This document shows positions 15,290 to 20,000 of a DNA stretch of 20,000 nucleotides, piece by piece; the stretch's first letter is position 1; every line of letters starts with the position of its first letter. Origin of the DNA: an uncultured virus (IMG/VR IMGVR_UViG_3300042869_000764) (lineage: Duplodnaviria > Heunggongvirae > Uroviricota > Caudoviricetes); IMG/VR virus record IMGVR_UViG_3300042869_000764; one strand, written 5' to 3'. A program made the position numbers and the translations under genes. The notes beneath the pieces are model-generated. The model was not told the DNA's origin and made no database searches. It saw only the letters and a list, made by a program, of their open reading frames with translations.

Positions 15290-16864
15290 TCCGCCCACTG
15301 TCTTGAAGTTCCACTCTCCTGGCAGATATTCACCTTCAAATGCTTTGAGCCATTGAGTGCCATCCCATTTGTATTTGATGCCTGTGCGGATATTTTGAAT
15401 ATGTGTGGGTGAGAAATCTTCACCTGCAATAGCTGCATCTTCCAATGTATGATCTTCAGGATTCCAAATTGTGGCCCAGGTTTGCCCAGTCCACTCTACA
15501 ATAGAGTTGGCTGTGATCACAGGATCCGTGCCGTCTTGATTTTCCCATGATGAATCGTTATTACTAGGATCACGCCAGGCCTGCGGACCTCTATATGGTA
15601 TGTTTGTGCTGTCTGCAGGATTAGAAGGAAGGTTAATGTAACCTCCACGATTCTCACTGTTGTTGACATCGTCTAACATCAAGAATCTTAAACCTACTGG
15701 TATCTGCGAGTATGATCCATAGACTTCTAACGGATTATACTTGTAAGGATCTATGATAGCATCTACCGTGCCTCTAGCAGCTATGCCGGGGATACTACTG
15801 GCAATGTCGTCATTGGCAGGATATGTGTCTGCATCTAAAGTCACCGTGAGAACAGTCTGGTCTAGAGGATTGATCACAAACGTGCCCACAATCTCATAGC
15901 CACTGGCTTTTTTGAACCATATCTCACTGCCCGGCACATAGCCGCCTTGTATCTCTAGAATCTTTGACCACTCTACCGGTTCGCCATTTTTAAATTCTTT
16001 CTGACTCAGCCCCAATGACTGCACAGCATCTAATGGATTCACGAGTGTGAGATCATATTGATTATCATTGACTGTTCCTGTGTTAGATTTGAACAGTAAC
16101 ACTCGATAATTACCATAAGTTTTAGTAACTAGGGTCATACTGGATTGAGAAGTGTTGTATATTAGATCTGAAAGATCCATCACATCGCCCTGTTCTGTGA
16201 ACACATTGGCTATTATGCTTTGAACTATGCCTAGTTTTTTGACCTTGGCCGGTGGTGATATATACACAGGCATTTCAAAATCAAGACTGCAGATGTCTAT
16301 ATCTGATTCTGCGCCTTGAGGTATTGTCCTACTGGAAAAATTAGTGCCGGTTAGATACATGGCGCTGAGACTGGTCCAGTCTATATAATTGTCAGTGGTC
16401 TGTAGTTCTAAACTGGGATTAAACAGCACTAATATCTGTTCCAACAACTGTAATTTTTGATCGGTGTTGGATGTCCATATATCAGCTTTCATGGTCAGTT
16501 TGAATGGAGTAGGCATGAGCCTTTCAACAGTGTAATTGCCGCCCTGTGCGCCCGAATATTCTCTTGTGCCACTGGCGTCTGTGAATCTGCGTTCTCTCAC
16601 ATGTATCTTAGACACGAATGTGGGATCACTGAGCCTGTTAGTATCCATCTCAATGCCTGTGATATAACAAGCTATTCTCGGCACCGTAGGCATTTTGTTT
16701 TCAGAATTATCTTTGATAATGCTGGCTACCTGTCTGGTCAAATCGCCATACATTACAGGAATCTGTCGTTGTTCGCCATCGCCTGCTTGATATTTAAATC
16801 CAATGAACACACGCATGAACTGCGTGACATACCGTCGTATCTGTCCGTCGTAGTGAAAATCCAT
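15287..16864 (-). CDS. T4 gp15-like tail terminator/sheath stabiliser with a long C-terminal extension
   Basis: F.YD.QIRRY...F...F, IPVMYG, PRIA..IT, P.PF.L.....IWT.N.DQ.LQ.LEQIL.LFNP are gp15-family motifs; adjacent to neck genes. Confidence 0.75.
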   Translation of the reverse strand: MDFHYDGQIRRYVTQFMRVFIGFKYQAGDGEQRQIPVMYGDLTRQVASIIKDNSENKMPTVPRIACYITGIEMDTNRLSDPTFVSKIHVRERRFTDASGTREYSGAQGGNYTVERLMPTPFKLTMKADIWTSNTDQKLQLLEQILVLFNPSLELQTTDNYIDWTSLSAMYLTGTNFSSRTIPQGAESDIDICSLDFEMPVYISPPAKVKKLGIVQSIIANVFTEQGDVMDLSDLIYNTSQSSMTLVTKTYGNYRVLLFKSNTGTVNDNQYDLTLVNPLDAVQSLGLSQKEFKNGEPVEWSKILEIQGGYVPGSEIWFKKASGYEIVGTFVINPLDQTVLTVTLDADTYPANDDIASSIPGIAARGTVDAIIDPYKYNPLEVYGSYSQIPVGLRFLMLDDVNNSENRGGYINLPSNPADSTNIPYRGPQAWRDPSNNDSSWENQDGTDPVITANSIVEWTGQTWATIWNPEDHTLEDAAIAGEDFSPTHIQNIRTGIKYKWDGTQWLKAFEGEYLPGEWNFKTVGG

Positions 16865-18255
16865 TATAGGTCTGCCTCAGGTCTTAGAGCCTTGCTGAGA
16901 CTCTGCTTTTCTTTAACTGTGTGACCGTCTATGGTGTTCACAGTGGGATTGTTTATGAATGTAGATTTTTGTGTCTGACGCACATCTTTGTCTGCAAAAG
17001 GTTCGCCGGCTGCTACATCACTGGCTCCAAGATTGCTCATAGTCGTGCGCACATTGTCTTCAAACTTGCGCCATCTTACTCCGTCAAATCTAAACAGTCT
17101 GTTAGGAAGATAATCTGTTCGCAGTGCAAATTGTCCATTAACAGGATTGTTTGGAAAAGAAATGCCTGCGGTAAATGGAGCACCGTTAGGAGGTAAACCG
17201 TCTTTGGTTAGATAACCTTCATAGCCATCACCATCCGCCGGTAATATCACCGAGCTAGCAGTCTGACCAACAAATATTGGATTACCATCTGAGTCAAATT
17301 GGGGAACTCCATTTTCATCAGTGGCTTGTGTAGCTGCGTCAACAGTCACCAACGATGCATCTACACTGGCTAATTCTGCGGTACCGTCGTTGGTTCTCTG
17401 TAGAGTATAATACTTGCTGGTATCGTAACCGCTGCGTGGTGCGTCTGCTTCTGCTTGATCTAACACCGCGGCAGTGATCTGCATTTCTTTTTCATAGGTA
17501 CTGATCACATCTCGCAATGTATCTGCCAATGCATAATAGGTATTATTAGGCGGAGCCACACCAGTGACTTCTTGTATGACTTGATATTTTTTGCCATTGT
17601 CGGCTAATACAACATCGCCGGGATAGTAAGTTATGGTTGAATTATAAGTGCCTTTGAAGAATTCTCGGTCTGCAATGTCGTCTAGAATCTGTTTGAATTC
17701 TTGACTGTCTACTAATGGTTTGCACTTGGCACGATATAAATGTGGATACCATGTGGCTGAAAATCCTTCCGCTGCTCTACTAACTTCTTCAATCACAAAG
17801 AAACGTTTCAAGGCAAAAGTTAAATCATTCAAAGCGTATTCGTCTTTGAGATGCGGCAGTTCTATCACATCCCCTGCTATAATTTTACGACCTAGTTTTT
17901 CTACAGTATCGGTGATATGGAATGTGATAAAAATAGTGTCATTCTGTAGGAACAGGCCAAACTGGCTGAGATTAAAATCGATATCAGATATATTGTATAC
18001 ACCGCGCATGACATAAACATCAGGATCATATTTGCGATCTCGATTTTCTAAAAATAACAGATCCTGTATGTTTGCTACGTTATCAGTGGCGTAGGTAGGA
18101 GTGCTAGGACTATCGCCTTGTATGGCCGTGCCAGGACCTATATATCTGTGCACCAGCACATCTGTGCCGCCAACTTGGAACATTTCCCAGGCGGTTTTAT
18201 CAATAAAGCGGAAATCGTTGCCCTTTTCGGGCCGGTATAAACTGAGTCTTGGCAT
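16864..18255 (-). CDS. T4 gp14-like neck/head-closure protein, extended
   Basis: LSQFGLFLQNDTIFITFH and AGDVIELP resemble gp14-family motifs; positioned between gp13-like and gp15-like genes. Start is ATG 18255 (MPRLSLY) or 18261. Confidence 0.65.
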   Translation of the reverse strand: MPRLSLYRPEKGNDFRFIDKTAWEMFQVGGTDVLVHRYIGPGTAIQGDSPSTPTYATDNVANIQDLLFLENRDRKYDPDVYVMRGVYNISDIDFNLSQFGLFLQNDTIFITFHITDTVEKLGRKIIAGDVIELPHLKDEYALNDLTFALKRFFVIEEVSRAAEGFSATWYPHLYRAKCKPLVDSQEFKQILDDIADREFFKGTYNSTITYYPGDVVLADNGKKYQVIQEVTGVAPPNNTYYALADTLRDVISTYEKEMQITAAVLDQAEADAPRSGYDTSKYYTLQRTNDGTAELASVDASLVTVDAATQATDENGVPQFDSDGNPIFVGQTASSVILPADGDGYEGYLTKDGLPPNGAPFTAGISFPNNPVNGQFALRTDYLPNRLFRFDGVRWRKFEDNVRTTMSNLGASDVAAGEPFADKDVRQTQKSTFINNPTVNTIDGHTVKEKQSLSKALRPEADL

Positions 18256-18262
18256 AGTCATA

Positions 18263-18283
18263 TATTTACCGCTACGATAAATA
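18263..18283. promoter_or_regulatory. Back-to-back divergent late-type promoters
   Basis: TATTTA (18263-18268; TAAATA on the minus strand) ccgctacga TAAATA (18278-18283); ATGs lie 7 nt (18255) and 5 nt (18289) away. Confidence 0.7.
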
Positions 18284-18288
18284 CTCGT

Positions 18289-19047
18289 ATGAGCACATCA
18301 GATCAAGCCAAAAATTCCGTATACAACTACTGCAAAACCATGCTAGGCGATGGTATGGTAGATGTAGAACTAGATCCCATCCACTACGACACAGCACTTA
18401 ATCGTGCTCTAGCAGTTTTCCGTCAGCGTAGCGACAACGCTGTGGAAGAAAGTTATGCGTTTTTAACCCTCACAGAAAGCACCAACGAATATATCCTGCC
18501 CAAAGAAATACAGCAGGTTCGACAGATATTCCGCAGATCGGTGGGATCAAGAACGGGTAATGGAACGGGTGGAACGGTGTTTGAGCCATTTAACTTGGCC
18601 TATGCCAATACCTATTTGTTGAGTTCAACGAATATGGGCGGCTTGCTAACCTATGAACTGTTTGCACAGTATCAAGAATTGGTAGGCAAGATGTTTGGTT
18701 CATTTATTAACTACACATGGCATCCACAGAGTCACAAGCTGATCATACATCAACGTCCTCGCGGCGAAGAATCTGTGATGTTGCAGGTATACAATAGCCG
18801 ACCTGACTTTGTGATTATTGATGATGTGTATTCCGGACAGTGGATCAAAGACTATGCGTTAGCCAACTGCAAAATGATGCTAGGACAGGCTCGAAGCAAG
18901 TTTGGACAGATCGCAGGTCCGCAGGGTGGTACTCAACTCAATGGTACAGCACTGATCACAGAAGGTCAAACTGAGATGGAAAAACTCACCGACGATCTGA
19001 TGAAATTGGTTCCCGGCGGCAGCGGATATACCTGGATAACTGGTTGA
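18289..19047 (+). CDS. T4 gp13-like neck protein (head-tail adaptor)
   Basis: YC...LG..MVDVELD......A...AL..F, WIKDYALA..K..LG..RSKF......PQGG..LNG..L..EG..E...L are gp13-family motifs. Confidence 0.8.
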   Translation: MSTSDQAKNSVYNYCKTMLGDGMVDVELDPIHYDTALNRALAVFRQRSDNAVEESYAFLTLTESTNEYILPKEIQQVRQIFRRSVGSRTGNGTGGTVFEPFNLAYANTYLLSSTNMGGLLTYELFAQYQELVGKMFGSFINYTWHPQSHKLIIHQRPRGEESVMLQVYNSRPDFVIIDDVYSGQWIKDYALANCKMMLGQARSKFGQIAGPQGGTQLNGTALITEGQTEMEKLTDDLMKLVPGGSGYTWITG

Positions 19048-19072
19048 CCTTATAACTAATCTATATTATAAT
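19044..19072 (+). promoter_or_regulatory. Near-consensus sigma70 promoter
   Basis: TTGACC (19044-19049), 17 nt, TATAAT (19067-19072), then AAGGGG SD and ATG at 19093. Confidence 0.75.
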
Positions 19073-19092
19073 TGTTCTAAAGGGGACAATTT

Positions 19093-19749
19093 ATGATTAT
19101 AGGTGTATGCGGTTTCATAGGCTCGGGCAAAGACACTGTAGCCGACTATCTAGTTAATTTTCACGAATTTCGCAGAGAAAGTTTTGCTTCAACACTCAAA
19201 GATGCCGTGGCCAGCGTGTTTGGCTGGGATCGAACCATGCTGGAAGGGCGCACAGCACAGGCTCGAGAATGGCGTGAACAAGTAGATCCTTGGTGGGCAG
19301 CACGTTTAGACATGCCCACATTAACTCCTAGATGGGTTCTACAATACTGGGGAACAGAAGTCTGTCGTAGGTCGTTCCACGACGACATATGGATTGCTTC
19401 ATTAGAAAACAAACTGCGTCTCAGCAAAGATCATATTGTAATTTCAGACTGCCGTTTCCCCAATGAAATTAAATCAATTAAAGATGCAGGCGGCCAAATT
19501 GTTTGGGTGCAGCGTGGTGAGTTGCCTGACTGGTATGAGGATGCTATCAGCGCCAATCAAGGCAATAATGTAGGGCTAAACGCCATGAAGATGCGTAAAA
19601 TACATGCATCGGAATGGGCATGGCTGGGCAGTGATTTTGACAAGATCATCGACAACAATGGCAGCATCGATGAACTTTACGAGCAGAGTGCAAACCTAGT
19701 AGTCAGCAATAAGATCGCCTTGCCTCCAAGTTATACCCTCTTTGCCTAA
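19093..19749 (+). CDS. Deoxynucleoside monophosphate kinase (T4 gp1-like)
   Basis: P-loop IIGVCGFIGSGKDT, FA..LKD, TPR..LQ..GTE..R, IW, VISDCRFPNE, IIDNNGSIDEL. Confidence 0.92.
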   Translation: MIIGVCGFIGSGKDTVADYLVNFHEFRRESFASTLKDAVASVFGWDRTMLEGRTAQAREWREQVDPWWAARLDMPTLTPRWVLQYWGTEVCRRSFHDDIWIASLENKLRLSKDHIVISDCRFPNEIKSIKDAGGQIVWVQRGELPDWYEDAISANQGNNVGLNAMKMRKIHASEWAWLGSDFDKIIDNNGSIDELYEQSANLVVSNKIALPPSYTLFA

Positions 19750-19998
19750 GATAGCAGCGCAGTTCAAGCACACGGTTTTGAGATTTGAGGGTCTGCAGTT
19801 GTTGAGATTTTCATCTACATGAAACACTCGAAATACTTCGGCGTGTTGAGATCGAAACCCGCATTTTTCACACACGGGTTTGGGTTTGTATCCTGCTCGT
19901 TGCCAACGTGGAACATGAGCACTTGCACCGTGTGCTAGACAGATTTCACACAGTGTTCTGTAATAGGCACGAGTGTCTTTGTAGTAATTAATGGCTCT
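19696..19998 (-). CDS. Zn-binding HNH-like protein, C-terminal part (5'-truncated; absent from the ORF track)
   Basis: Manual translation: ...RAINYYKDTRAYYRTLCEICLAHGASAHVPRWQRAGYKPKPVCEKCGFRSQHAEVFRVFHVDENLNNCRPSNLKTVCLNCAAILGKEGITWRQGDLIADY*; three CxxC pairs and an H.D.N..N....NL...C..C HNH pattern. Confidence 0.75.
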   Translation of the reverse strand, partial: RAINYYKDTRAYYRTLCEICLAHGASAHVPRWQRAGYKPKPVCEKCGFRSQHAEVFRVFHVDENLNNCRPSNLKTVCLNCAAILGKEGITWRQGDLIADY

Positions 19999-20000
19999 AG

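Noticed and set aside
18256..18261. ATG at 18261 as the start of the gp14-like gene
   Set aside because: Only 1 nt from the TAAATA box, so probably upstream of the transcription start; ATG 18255 fits the spacing seen elsewhere.
3654..19427. Other short overlapping ORFs in the track (e.g. 4157-4459, 5186-5446, 11047-11268, 13906-14154, 16457-16924, 17720-18016, 19161-19427)
   Set aside because: Antisense to genes with clear family motifs; no recognisable features.
1..20000. Stop-codon reassignment, tRNA/rRNA genes, introns/inteins, rho-independent terminators
   Set aside because: TAA, TAG and TGA all end well-formed genes and coding density is high under the standard code; intergenic gaps are short, with no cloverleaf or convincing GC hairpin plus U-tract seen.

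Overview
Segment of a large T4-like (myovirus-type) phage genome, standard genetic code, densely coding. It carries virion structural genes: a partial large BNR/Asp-box protein, fibre and Gly-rich adhesin-like genes, a 760-aa repeat fibre with two cupredoxin-like domains, and neck/tail-completion genes resembling T4 gp13, gp14 and gp15. It also has a T4 gp1-like dNMP kinase and a partial HNH-like Zn-binding gene. Two accessory cassettes sit downstream of fibre genes (3.9-7.3 kb, minus strand; 10.4-14.6 kb, plus strand). Together they encode nine 2OG-Fe(II) oxygenase-fold proteins, one dUTPase-fold-like paralogue each, and a rubrerythrin-like protein with a degenerate di-iron site. Many genes are preceded by a T4-late-type TAAATA box, often only 4-7 nt from the start codon (apparently leaderless), and two sigma70-type promoters are present. 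The best candidate for an undescribed system is a late-expressed, fibre-linked oxygenase/redox module. All family calls come from motif recognition by eye; no searches were run.
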